Source: a virus (lineage: Duplodnaviria > Caudoviricetes). Taken from it: a stretch of DNA of 64,000 bases. The notes beneath the pieces were generated by a model that was not told the DNA's origin, did not search any database, and saw only the letters and a program-made list of their open reading frames with translations. Positions 46,562 through 55,231 of this stretch are shown in pieces. The stretch spans positions 9,601-73,600 of the IMG/VR virus record IMGVR_UViG_3300034691_000044; one strand, 5' to 3'. Every line of letters begins with the position of its first letter. Within the stretch, counting starts at the first letter, position 1. A program made the position numbers and the translations under genes.

Positions 46562-46641
46562 GCAAACACCATCCGTCGTCCCGCCCAATCGAGTGAGCGT
46601 AGCGAACGAGTGCCGGGATGGGTAAGACGGTGGGGGTTTGC
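46562..46641. other. Long imperfect hairpin with ssi/pas-like apex
   Basis: GCAAAC..CCGTC..TCCCG / CGGGA..GACGG..GTTTGC arms; apex GAGTGAGCGTAGCGAACGAG. Confidence 0.5.
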
Positions 46642-46645
46642 GTGC

Positions 46646-46674
46646 TTGACGCAGCTCTATTCCCGTAATACTCT
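46646..46674 (+). promoter_or_regulatory. Sigma70-type promoter
   Basis: TTGACG-17 nt-TACTCT. Confidence 0.6.
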
Positions 46675-46680
46675 GCATCC

Positions 46681-46762
46681 ACGGTCAGCAGCAAAATCCT
46701 ATCTTTCTTCTTGAAAATCAGTGCTCTAGACCGAAACCCGCCACTACTCTGGCGGGTTTTTT
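46681..46762 (+). ncRNA. Candidate small RNA (~80 nt)
   Basis: Short stretch without an obvious RBS/ORF between sigma70 promoter and strong terminator. Confidence 0.45.
46734..46762 (+). terminator. Rho-independent terminator
   Basis: AAACCCGCCA-CTACTC-TGGCGGGTTT-TTT. Confidence 0.85.
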
Positions 46763-46951
46763 GTTGTCTATTTTTTATCTTTTTGGCCTCTCCCTCACCC
46801 GGCTCTCGTGCTCGCGTCGGGTCCGCTGCGCGGCCCTAGCGGCACTTCGCCGGCTCGGTCGAGTCCGTGGGTGGGTGTGGGGGATGAGGGGAGTCGCTCC
46901 CTCCGGGAGCCTTCATGATCGCATAGCGAATCGGGGAGGAGAGTCCCCTCT

Positions 46952-46966
46952 TATATATATATATAT
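46952..46966. repeat. (TA)n tract after GC-rich hairpins
   Basis: TATATATATATATAT. Confidence 0.9.
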
Positions 46967-47007
46967 GGGTCCGTTTCGATTGACCAAAAATTAACCACAG
47001 GTGATCC

Positions 47008-47478
47008 ATGAATTTGCAGGATAGCTACCCATCGCTGGCCGCATCATTGGGCCAATCTGGAACGGATCGAGTGAACATGCATTTGCAGCGTGACTACAAG
47101 CCAAGCACCAACCGCGTGCGGTTTCTGCACAACCCACATCACCAGCGATTTGCCTTCTTCCGCTACGTGAACGACAACCCGCTGATCGACAATATCGTGA
47201 CCGGTGTCTGCACCTTGGATCATGGTTCCGGTGGCAACTTGTCACCAACGCGCCTGTTCGCAGTGCTCTCCTATATGGAGAACATCTCAAGCGAGCATCT
47301 GGCCAGCGTACTACGCCTATCTGACCGACAAGCACGCCGGTACATGGCAGCAGCAAAGCTGGTCATCCTCCGTATGACAAAGCACCTAGAGCCGCGCTCA
47401 CTGGTACGTCATGAACCATCGTTGGCTGAACTACGCCAGCGCCACCAACTGAAGAAGGAAATCGCATGCCCAATATGA
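47008..47478 (+). CDS. Putative HTH DNA-binding protein
   Basis: ISSEHLASVLRLSDRQARRYM helix-turn-helix pattern; AGGTGA RBS. Confidence 0.7.
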   Translation: MNLQDSYPSLAASLGQSGTDRVNMHLQRDYKPSTNRVRFLHNPHHQRFAFFRYVNDNPLIDNIVTGVCTLDHGSGGNLSPTRLFAVLSYMENISSEHLASVLRLSDRQARRYMAAAKLVILRMTKHLEPRSLVRHEPSLAELRQRHQLKKEIACPI

Positions 47479-47855
47479 TGCAAATTGCAGTACAAGAAGT
47501 GGATACCGTTTCCCGGCGCCTGTTTGAACTAGGTGCCGACGATTTAGCTGAAATGCTTAACGACCGTATGTTGACGCACCGAAATACCCCAGAACCTCCA
47601 AACGACAACGAGGCTCTGCGCTTGGCCGCAGATTACCCGGCGTACTGGAAAGCCCTTCCAGCTCATTGGGCAGCTATCGATACCTACCGTATCGACGACC
47701 TGTTCCCACTGTCTTCGTCCCGCCTATACCACACACGCAAGAAATTGCTGGTGCCCGGGTGCCGCACGGGAGGCAAAACTGTCTACCAAGACCTCAAAGA
47801 AGCCCATCGCACCCTTGGGGCGTGGCTGGCTGAACAACCGGAGCACAACGCATGA
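47466..47855 (+). CDS. Conserved phage protein
   Basis: IDTYRI..LF..HTRKKLL.PG.R.GGK...QDLKEA motif. Confidence 0.7.
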   Translation: MPNMMQIAVQEVDTVSRRLFELGADDLAEMLNDRMLTHRNTPEPPNDNEALRLAADYPAYWKALPAHWAAIDTYRIDDLFPLSSSRLYHTRKKLLVPGCRTGGKTVYQDLKEAHRTLGAWLAEQPEHNA

Positions 47856-48835
47856 AGTACACCAATAACACTGGTTTGTCGCTGTTCGCCCAGGTTTACC
47901 TGGCACATGAAACGTATGACCGGGAAGAGGCCGGCTTGTCGGTAACAGCACTGCTGAAACCAGTAAAGCAAATCATCCTGGCCCGTCGAGTGCCCGAGGG
48001 CATGGCGTCCACCGATGTGGCTGATCTAGCTGCGTCCAGCAATGGCACCGCGATCCACGACGCTTTCGAGGCGGCATGGAAATCGCCCAAGCTGGTAGAC
48101 ACACTTATTCGCCTGGGTTACCCGAAGGGTGTGGCCAGCAAGGTGCGTGTGAACCCCTCTGCCGAGGAAGTAGCCGCAGGCGGGATCATTGCCGTCTACA
48201 CGGAGATCCGCAGCGCTAAGACGGTCCTGGGCGTCCGCGTGACCGGCAAGTTCGACTTCATCGGCGACGGTGCCGTCGAGGACTTGAAGAACACCTCGGT
48301 GTGGAAATTCCTGAACGCCGACTTCGAGCATTACATCTTGCAGGGCAGCATGTATCGGTGGTTGAATCCGACCTTGGTCACCAAGGACTGGATGAACCTG
48401 ACGTTCCAGTTCACCGACTGGAATGGCCGGGACCGCAACATGAATCCTGACAACTACCCACCGGCCCGCATGCATACTCGCAAGCTCCAGCTTATGAGCT
48501 ATGAAGAGACGGATAAGTGGGTGGAACGCAAGGTTCAGCAGCTGATCGACCTTGAACATGCAGATGAGGAGCAAATGCCTCAATGCACCGACAAGGAGCT
48601 GTGGCGCAAGGAAGACACGTACCGGTGGTTCGCCAAACCAGAAAAAGCACATGAGCCTGGTGCTCGTTCCTCCAAAAACTTCACCGACAAAGCTGAAGCT
48701 GACCTGCACGTTGCTACCAAAGGCGGCGTCCTCGTTACCAAGCGAGGCGGTGTAACTGGCTGCAAATATTGCAATGCATTCCTCGCTTGCAAGCAAAAGG
48801 ATTCGCTGATTGCAGCCGGCGACTTAATCCTGTAA
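47852..48835 (+). CDS. PD-(D/E)xK (Cas4-like) nuclease, N4 gp42-like
   Basis: LSVTALLKP, GTAIHD, E..TGKFD..EDLK, LQGSMYRWL, C-terminal CKYC..C. Confidence 0.85.
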   Translation: MKYTNNTGLSLFAQVYLAHETYDREEAGLSVTALLKPVKQIILARRVPEGMASTDVADLAASSNGTAIHDAFEAAWKSPKLVDTLIRLGYPKGVASKVRVNPSAEEVAAGGIIAVYTEIRSAKTVLGVRVTGKFDFIGDGAVEDLKNTSVWKFLNADFEHYILQGSMYRWLNPTLVTKDWMNLTFQFTDWNGRDRNMNPDNYPPARMHTRKLQLMSYEETDKWVERKVQQLIDLEHADEEQMPQCTDKELWRKEDTYRWFAKPEKAHEPGARSSKNFTDKAEADLHVATKGGVLVTKRGGVTGCKYCNAFLACKQKDSLIAAGDLIL

Positions 48836-48853
48836 CAGAACCCGGAGAATACG

Positions 48854-51010
48854 ATGATTGCTGTAGAAGACATGCCCTATAACCCTGACGTTGAAGACGT
48901 TGTACGAATTCTGTGTGAAAAGACACAGAGTTCGAACCATCTGTTCTTCCGGGTACTGACCACGTTCCATCTGTGCATGATTGCTTCGCAGATGCGAGTG
49001 CTGATCCGCACACACGACCGCGGTGACATCCCGGTCAACATGTACGCCCTGAACCTGGCAACATCTGGCGCCGGTAAGGGTTTCTCCACGAACATTCTGG
49101 AAAAGGAAATCACCAACCGATTCCGCGAACAGTTCCTGGAAAACTTCCCGTACATCGCCGAACCAAACCTGGAGAAGCTGGCGCTCAAGCGTTCCAGCCG
49201 TGACCAGACGGATTACGACTTTGAACTGGAAAAGACCAAGAAGGAATTCGCTTCCCTTGGTCCTCTGGTGTACAGCTTCGACTCTGGCACCCCAGCAGCC
49301 GTAAAGCAGATGCGCCACAAGCTACTGCTTGCAGACTCAGGTGCATTGAACCTGATCATCGACGAAATCGGGTCTAACCTGACTTCGGCAAGCGAAGTGC
49401 TGACCACGTTCTTGGAGTTGTACGACATTGGTGGCATTCGTCAGAAAATCACCAAAGTCACTGCCGAGAACGTCCGCCACGAGGAAATCAATGGCAACAC
49501 GCCAACGAACCTCATGATGTTCGGCACACCGTCCAAGCTGCTTGACGGTGGCAAGATCGAAGAAGAACTGATGTCGTTGCTGGATACCGGCTATGCACGT
49601 CGTTCATTCTTCAGCTTTGGCAAAGAAAGCACACGCGATCTCTCGTTGTCTGCCAATGAGATCTACGACCGTATGACGAATAAAACTTCGTCCGTGTTTG
49701 TCGATGATTTCAGCGAACGCCTGGGTTACCTGGCTGACGCACACAACATGAACACAGTCTTGACTATGTCCAAGGAAACCAGCTTGCTGGTGATCCAGTA
49801 CAAGATTGACTGTGAGCGCATTGCCGAAGCACTGCCGGAACATGAAGAACAACGCAAAGCGGAAATTTCTCATCGCTACTTCAAGGCTTTGAAAGCAGCC
49901 GGTGCATATGCATTCATCAGCGGTTCCCCGGAACTGTTGCCAGAGCATTTCTACCAAGCTGTGAAGCTGGCTGAAGAAAGCGGTAAGGCTTTCGAGCTTC
50001 TGCTGTCTCGTGAGCGGCCATATGTCAAATTGGCCCGATACCTCGGTAACTGCGGAGCAGAAGTCACCGAGCCCGACCTGATGCAGGATTTGCCTTATTA
50101 CAAGGGAAGTCAGGCTATCCGGGCGGATATGGTCAAGATGGCAATTGCCTGGGGCTACAAGAACAACATCGTCATCAAAAAGGCGTTCACCGACGGGATC
50201 GAATTTATCCGTGGCGAATGCTTGCAGGTCACTGACCTGACGAAGATGATTGTGTCGTATGCCCGCGGCAACCCCGGCGAACACCCGGCACAGGGCTACC
50301 TCAACAAAACTGTGCCGTGGCTCATGCTGGAACGTCTGGTAACAGGAGGCGATCTGCATTGGCTCAACCACCATGTACATGGTGGCCATCGCACCGAAGA
50401 TACGTGCATCCCTGCGTTCAACATGATCGTGTTGGACATCGACGGGACCATGAATCTGGCTACGGCGAAGATGCTGCTGAAAGATTACGCAGCCATCTAC
50501 TACACGACCAAACGTCACACGGAAGCGGAAAACCGCTACCGTATCCTGCTTCCGACGAACTACGTCCTGAAAATGGATGCGAAGGAATACAAGGAGTTCA
50601 TGAAGAACGTGCTGGAGTCTCTGCCGTTCCAAGTGGACGAATCGTGTACGCACCGCAGCAAGAAGTGGATGTCCAACCCGGGTGATTTTGAGCAAACCGA
50701 AGGTGAACTGTTTGACGTACTCCCGTTCATCCCGAAAACCAGCAAAAACCAGGAACGTCAGGATCGCCTGGGCACCCAGCAACAAATGGACAACCTGGAA
50801 CGCTGGATCATCAACAATACTGGCGATGGCAACCGCAACGTTATGTTGCACCGCTATGCCCGTCTGCTGATCGAAGCCGGCAAGAACTGGGCGGAAATCA
50901 AAGACCTCGTGTCGTCTCTCAACGATAAGTTGGCAGACAAACTCACCGAGGGCGAGATTCTTGGCTCAATCATGGTCACTGTTGGCAAAGAGCTGGCAGC
51001 ACGTCCTTAA
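48854..51010 (+). CDS. DNA primase (N4 gp43-like, ATPase + primase + PriCT)
   Basis: SGAGKG, IDEIGSNL, VLDIDG, YTTKRH, GNRNVML. Confidence 0.9.
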   Translation: MIAVEDMPYNPDVEDVVRILCEKTQSSNHLFFRVLTTFHLCMIASQMRVLIRTHDRGDIPVNMYALNLATSGAGKGFSTNILEKEITNRFREQFLENFPYIAEPNLEKLALKRSSRDQTDYDFELEKTKKEFASLGPLVYSFDSGTPAAVKQMRHKLLLADSGALNLIIDEIGSNLTSASEVLTTFLELYDIGGIRQKITKVTAENVRHEEINGNTPTNLMMFGTPSKLLDGGKIEEELMSLLDTGYARRSFFSFGKESTRDLSLSANEIYDRMTNKTSSVFVDDFSERLGYLADAHNMNTVLTMSKETSLLVIQYKIDCERIAEALPEHEEQRKAEISHRYFKALKAAGAYAFISGSPELLPEHFYQAVKLAEESGKAFELLLSRERPYVKLARYLGNCGAEVTEPDLMQDLPYYKGSQAIRADMVKMAIAWGYKNNIVIKKAFTDGIEFIRGECLQVTDLTKMIVSYARGNPGEHPAQGYLNKTVPWLMLERLVTGGDLHWLNHHVHGGHRTEDTCIPAFNMIVLDIDGTMNLATAKMLLKDYAAIYYTTKRHTEAENRYRILLPTNYVLKMDAKEYKEFMKNVLESLPFQVDESCTHRSKKWMSNPGDFEQTEGELFDVLPFIPKTSKNQERQDRLGTQQQMDNLERWIINNTGDGNRNVMLHRYARLLIEAGKNWAEIKDLVSSLNDKLADKLTEGEILGSIMVTVGKELAARP

Positions 51011-51021
51011 CTCTCACACTG

Positions 51022-51040
51022 GCCCCGTCCCGGGGCTTTT
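51022..51040 (+). terminator. Terminator after primase
   Basis: GCCCCG-TCC-CGGGGC-TTTT. Confidence 0.7.
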
Positions 51041-51064
51041 GTGATCTTACACCTGGAGTTTTTC

Positions 51065-51533
51065 ATGAATGAACATTTGGCACTTATTTGTGGCAAATCC
51101 GGCAGCGGCAAATCAGCTTCTCTGCGGAATCTGCGTGATCCTGAGTCAGTTCTCTATCTGAACTGCGAAGCCGGCAAACGCCTGCCGTTCCCCGCCAAGT
51201 TCGTGCAGCGAACGGTGACCAACCCGCTTCAAGTCCGCGATGCTTTCGCCTGGGCTGAAAAGCAAGACCACATCAAAGTCATCGTCGTCGATACCTTGAC
51301 TTTCTGGCTTGATATGTACATCAGCCAGTTCGTTAAACCGGCAACTGACGGGCGCGCAGCCTGGGGCAACTTTGCTGAGTTTTTCAAGGCAACCATGCAG
51401 GTTGACGTTGCGAAGTCCACGAAGAAGGTGATCTTCCTCGCGCACACGCTCGACGTGTACAACGAAACCGCCATGGTCATGGAAACGGCAATCCCTGTCG
51501 CCGGTTCGCTCAAGAACCAAGGCATCGAAGCGT
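51065..51533 (+). CDS. N4 gp44-like AAA ATPase (Sak4-like), exon 1
   Basis: GKSGSGKSASL, YLNCEAGK, VVDTLT, FLAH; protein similarity stops at SLKNQGIEA. Confidence 0.9.
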
Positions 51534-52319
51534 TGAGAATTGGCGCCCTCTGTCAGTAATGACAGTTGAATAACTTCTCTAATTGCTGGAATCTCTGCCA
51601 AGGTGTGCTAGCATACTTAAACAGACAATCAGCAGCGAAGCAAAAATGGATAAGCGATTAGTGACACAAGCTGAGTTGGCGGAACGCCTCTCTTACAACC
51701 CTGAGACAGGGCATTTAACCTGGATAGCTAAAGGGACTTCACGCAAAGTTGTTGTAGGTAGTAGGGCAGGTTCCGTTTCTAAACGGGGTCATCGCGTTAT
51801 TAACTTAAACGGCTTTCTTTATGCGGAGCACCACATAATCTGGCGTTTACACACAGGGCATTGGCCTATAGGCAACATTGATCACATCGATCACGATGAA
51901 CAGAACAATTGTTTTGTAAATCTGCGAGATGTATCAAAGGCCGTAAACAACAGGAATCAATCCAAGCGCATCGACAATACAACCGGGCATCCGGGAGTTT
52001 GGGTCAGTAAGCGCAACGGGGCGAAGCAATTCATGGCAGATGTGTTCCACGACGGGATTCGTGTTCATCGCTCATCTCATTATTCACTTGACGAGGCTAT
52101 TGCCGCAAGGCAAGCCAAGTTAATTGAGTTCGGTTTCCATTCCAATCATGGGATAGATAAACCGGTTTGAACGTTCAACGACTAGCCTTCGGGCGTAGGG
52201 CCAAGTGGCTCGAAACGGGAAGCACCCTAAAGGGGTGATGATATAGTCTGCTCTGCATGGTGACATGCAGCTGGATTAACTATCCGGGCTACGCTTAACG
52301 ACCGTAGCTGAACATTAGG
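51534..52319 (+). mobile_element. Group I self-splicing intron (786 nt) containing HNH ORF
   Basis: 5' exon ends in U, intron ends in G; P AATTGCTGGAA, Q AATCAGCAG, R GTTCAACGACTA, S GATATAGTC; splicing restores GIEA-Y-FSLV frame. Confidence 0.92.
51646..52170 (+). CDS. Intron-encoded HNH homing endonuclease
   Basis: LSYNPETG, HHIIW, IDHIDHDEQNNCFVNLR..NNRN, AP2-like C-terminus. Confidence 0.9.
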   Translation: MDKRLVTQAELAERLSYNPETGHLTWIAKGTSRKVVVGSRAGSVSKRGHRVINLNGFLYAEHHIIWRLHTGHWPIGNIDHIDHDEQNNCFVNLRDVSKAVNNRNQSKRIDNTTGHPGVWVSKRNGAKQFMADVFHDGIRVHRSSHYSLDEAIAARQAKLIEFGFHSNHGIDKPV

Positions 52320-52564
52320 ATTTCTCCCTGGTGCTCATGTGCCAGAAGGTGAAGATCGACGACTTGGTTGAAGGCAGCGATTTGCTGAAAATCACCGACA
52401 AAGAACGTAACGTCGGGTTCAAACACGTCTATCAGACGGAAGTCACGAAGGACACGCTCAATACGCGCATCCGTGGCCCAATGATGATGTGGGCGGACAA
52501 CGAAGTCTTCATCGACAACGACATCCAGCTGGTTCTCGACCGGATGGATCAATACTATAACTGA
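52320..52564 (+). CDS. N4 gp44-like ATPase, exon 2
   Basis: GFKHVYQT..TK.T...RIRGPM..FIDND, recalled as gp44-like C-terminus; spliced CDS is 714 nt (237 aa). Confidence 0.9.
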
Positions 52565-52566
52565 GC

Positions 52567-52595
52567 TTGACTGTGTAGACTGCGGGCACTAGTCT
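52567..52595 (+). promoter_or_regulatory. Sigma70-type promoter for HNH gene
   Basis: TTGACT-17 nt-TAGTCT overlapping a TAGACT/AGTCTA inverted repeat. Confidence 0.55.
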
Positions 52596-52619
52596 AACCG
52601 CTTACTTAACGGAGGCACT

Positions 52620-53222
52620 ATGACTTTTGTACGTAAACCCGCAGGCGCCATGAGCATCTCCAGGAGAACAGCCGTTTACGGAGTAGGCATCAATGATGCC
52701 TATTACGTGAACCGGGACTGTCCTCTATACGCCCAGTGGAAAGCTGCCTTACAACGCGCTTGCTGTCCCAAGTGGCGGGCCAAGTACCCATGCTACGAAG
52801 GTGTGACTATTGACAATCGCTGGTTAAAATTCTCAGCTTTCCAGCAATGGGCAGACCTGCACAACTGGCAAGATAAGGCTTTGGATAAAGACCTGAAAGT
52901 GCCAGGCAATAAAGTGTATGGCCCTGACTTCTGTCTGTGGGTGCCACAACGTGTCAACTGCATGGTTTCACGGCCTTCTGTAAAGAAAACAGGATTACCC
53001 GTGGGGGTGGACGCCATAAAGAATCGCTTTATGGCCCGCACGCGCATTGACGGCAAAAACATCTACATAGGTTTATACGACACACCCGCTGAAGCGGCCA
53101 TTGCATTCAATGTGTTCAAAGCAAACTTAGTGCGAGAAGTTGCTCAGAAACAAGACACTGATGTAATGACTGCATTGTTGAATGTCGCAAACCTGATCGA
53201 AGCAGGCATCTTCTACACATAA
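52620..53222 (+). CDS. Free-standing HNH-type homing endonuclease
   Basis: YGVGIND..W...LQR..YEGVTI..LDKDLKVPGNKVYGP; paralogue of 12481 and 32142. Confidence 0.82.
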   Translation: MTFVRKPAGAMSISRRTAVYGVGINDAYYVNRDCPLYAQWKAALQRACCPKWRAKYPCYEGVTIDNRWLKFSAFQQWADLHNWQDKALDKDLKVPGNKVYGPDFCLWVPQRVNCMVSRPSVKKTGLPVGVDAIKNRFMARTRIDGKNIYIGLYDTPAEAAIAFNVFKANLVREVAQKQDTDVMTALLNVANLIEAGIFYT

Positions 53223-53283
53223 GGGCCACCTCCGGTGGCATTTGTGATTTTTAAACACTTCCCTTCCATACTGGAGCAACATC

Positions 53284-54072
53284 ATGAGTCTGAACCCTTT
53301 TGCCAACACCGTTAATACCACGAACGAACAGATCGAAACGGACAGTGACCGTCTCGGTGGTGGTTTCGTCTGGGACGGCGGTGCTTACCCTGTAACCATC
53401 CTGGCTGCATACGCTGGCAAGTCCAAAGGCGGCGCCGGTAGCATGTCTTTCGAAGTCCAAGGCGACGACGGCCGCAAGTTCAAGTTCACCGAGTGGGTAA
53501 CCTCCGGCGATGCCAAAGGCAACAAGCCGTACTACGAACGCGACGGTAAGAAGTCCTACCTGCCTGGTTTCAACAACGTCAACGCGATCTCGATGTTCTG
53601 CGCGAAGAAAGAGCTGAACGCTCTGGCTTTCGAAACGAAAATCCTGAAACTGCGCGACTACGAGCAGAAGAAAGACGTTCCGACCGAAGTGCCAATGGCG
53701 GTCGAGCTGATCGGCAAAAAGTTCATCTTGGGCCTGGAAAAGCACGAAGTGAACAAGACCATCAAGGTCGGCAACGAATACCTGCCAGTTCACAAAGCTG
53801 GCGAGCCTGGCGTACCGGACACCAAGTTCGAAAACCAGATTGGCAAGATCTTCTTCGCCGACAACAATGCGACCATCGCCGAGCTGCGCGAAGCCAAGCA
53901 GAAAGGCCAGCCTGTCGCTGCTGACTTCTACCCGAAATGGGTCGAAGCCAACACCGGTAAAGTCGTGAACAAAGTCAAGGCTGACAAGCTGGTTGCGCCT
54001 GCTGGTGCCGGTGGGCCTGCTGGCACGCCTACCACTGCTGGTGGCGAAGCTGTCGACTCCCTGTTCGACTGA
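53284..54072 (+). CDS. ssb: Single-stranded DNA-binding protein (N4 gp45-like)
   Basis: DRLGGG, SKGGA, WVTSG..KGNK.YY..DGKK.YLPGF, C-terminal SLFD. Confidence 0.9.
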   Translation: MSLNPFANTVNTTNEQIETDSDRLGGGFVWDGGAYPVTILAAYAGKSKGGAGSMSFEVQGDDGRKFKFTEWVTSGDAKGNKPYYERDGKKSYLPGFNNVNAISMFCAKKELNALAFETKILKLRDYEQKKDVPTEVPMAVELIGKKFILGLEKHEVNKTIKVGNEYLPVHKAGEPGVPDTKFENQIGKIFFADNNATIAELREAKQKGQPVAADFYPKWVEANTGKVVNKVKADKLVAPAGAGGPAGTPTTAGGEAVDSLFD

Positions 54073-54116
54073 ACACCCCCATGGGTCGGGTAACCGACCC
54101 TTCTCAGGAGCTGTAC

Positions 54117-54668
54117 ATGTCTACCAAAGACGAAGCTGTCACCGAAGCACAGATCCAGGCCCTCGGCCTTACCAAGGCGCCACGGGTCACCCCTGCCGCT
54201 CTGGACGCCATGATCAAAGAGCAGTCCCTGCTCAAGATCGATGGCCTGGGCATGCTGTGCCAAATCACCCTGCACAACGGCTTCTCTGTCCTGGGCAAAA
54301 ACCTGGGCGCGGTCTCGGCCGAGAACTACAGTGAAGAGCTGGCGAAGAAATTCGCCTACGAGGACGCCCGCAACCAACTGTGGCCGTTCGCCGGTTTCCT
54401 GTTGGCCGAAGACATCCATCGTGGCAACCGCCCACTGACCCAGGAACAGCGTGAGCTGCCTGATCATGTGCAGAAGGTGTTGACTGAAATGTTCCAGTAC
54501 GCTTCCCGCTTGCAAGGCATCACCGAATTTTTCGATGAAGTCGACAGCGGAAAACTGGACGTTTCGGACATGGCCGCCGATGAACTGCAAGACCTTCGCC
54601 AAACCGGTGTGTTGCTGGCCAAACTGGTCAATGTGACCCAGGGTCGCCTCAACCGCGCTGGCGTGTAA
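54117..54668 (+). CDS. N4 gp49/Sf6 gp66-family domain fused to helical-hairpin domain (possible nucleotide-signal sponge)
   Basis: APRVT..L.NGFSV.G..VSAENY.EE..K.A..A..LWP..GFLL then LPDHVQKV..RL...FFD..Q....L..RL. Confidence 0.75.
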   Translation: MSTKDEAVTEAQIQALGLTKAPRVTPAALDAMIKEQSLLKIDGLGMLCQITLHNGFSVLGKNLGAVSAENYSEELAKKFAYEDARNQLWPFAGFLLAEDIHRGNRPLTQEQRELPDHVQKVLTEMFQYASRLQGITEFFDEVDSGKLDVSDMAADELQDLRQTGVLLAKLVNVTQGRLNRAGV

Positions 54669-55231
54669 TGGCACGCCTCAGTGTCGCGGGACACGATCCA
54701 AGTTCCCGTAACTGGGGCATAGCCGGTGGAACGATTGACACCGACACCGGGCAACTGACCGTCAAAACCCTCCGGGTTGTGCGGGCTGAACCGCTCGAAG
54801 GAAAGCAGGTACGGCAGAACTCACAAGATCTGCGCACGGCAAACCAGTTATATGAGGGCGTAGCTCCCTTCACAGCAGCGAGTCTTACCTTCGCCGAAAT
54901 TCCCGTTGGGAGTCAAAGCGCCCGCGCCTCGCTATGTTCTGGTATCTGCATTGGGGTTTTGGGCAGTCTCCGCGCCAAATCTCAATTCGTCGAAGTAACG
55001 CCCAACGAAGTCAAACTTGCGGCTGTAGGTGACCGAAAGGCTACCAAGAAGCAAATGATCGAGTGGGCGATAAAGAAACACCCCGAGGCCCCCTGGCCAC
55101 GGAAGTCCAACGGAGAAATCCTGTTGGGCGATGCGGAACACATGGCTGACGCACTGGGCGCCATCTATGCCGGTCTCCAGACCGAAATTTACAAACAAAT
55201 CATCCAATTTTACCGAGGAACGAAACAATGA
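54668..55231 (+). CDS. RuvC-like Holliday junction resolvase (N4 gp46-like)
   Basis: GHDPSSRNWG, AEIPVGSQSARA, ATKKQMI, EHMADA. Confidence 0.85.
   Translation: MARLSVAGHDPSSRNWGIAGGTIDTDTGQLTVKTLRVVRAEPLEGKQVRQNSQDLRTANQLYEGVAPFTAASLTFAEIPVGSQSARASLCSGICIGVLGSLRAKSQFVEVTPNEVKLAAVGDRKATKKQMIEWAIKKHPEAPWPRKSNGEILLGDAEHMADALGAIYAGLQTEIYKQIIQFYRGTKQ

Noticed and set aside
51041-52564. ATPase as a truncated gene or pseudogene plus separate 77-aa ORF
   Set aside because: Explained by group I intron splicing, which restores a single frame
53245-53280. N4-type middle promoter (TTTA...TACTGGAG) upstream of ssb
   Set aside because: CTGGAG is equally explained as the Shine-Dalgarno; cannot be separated without TSS data
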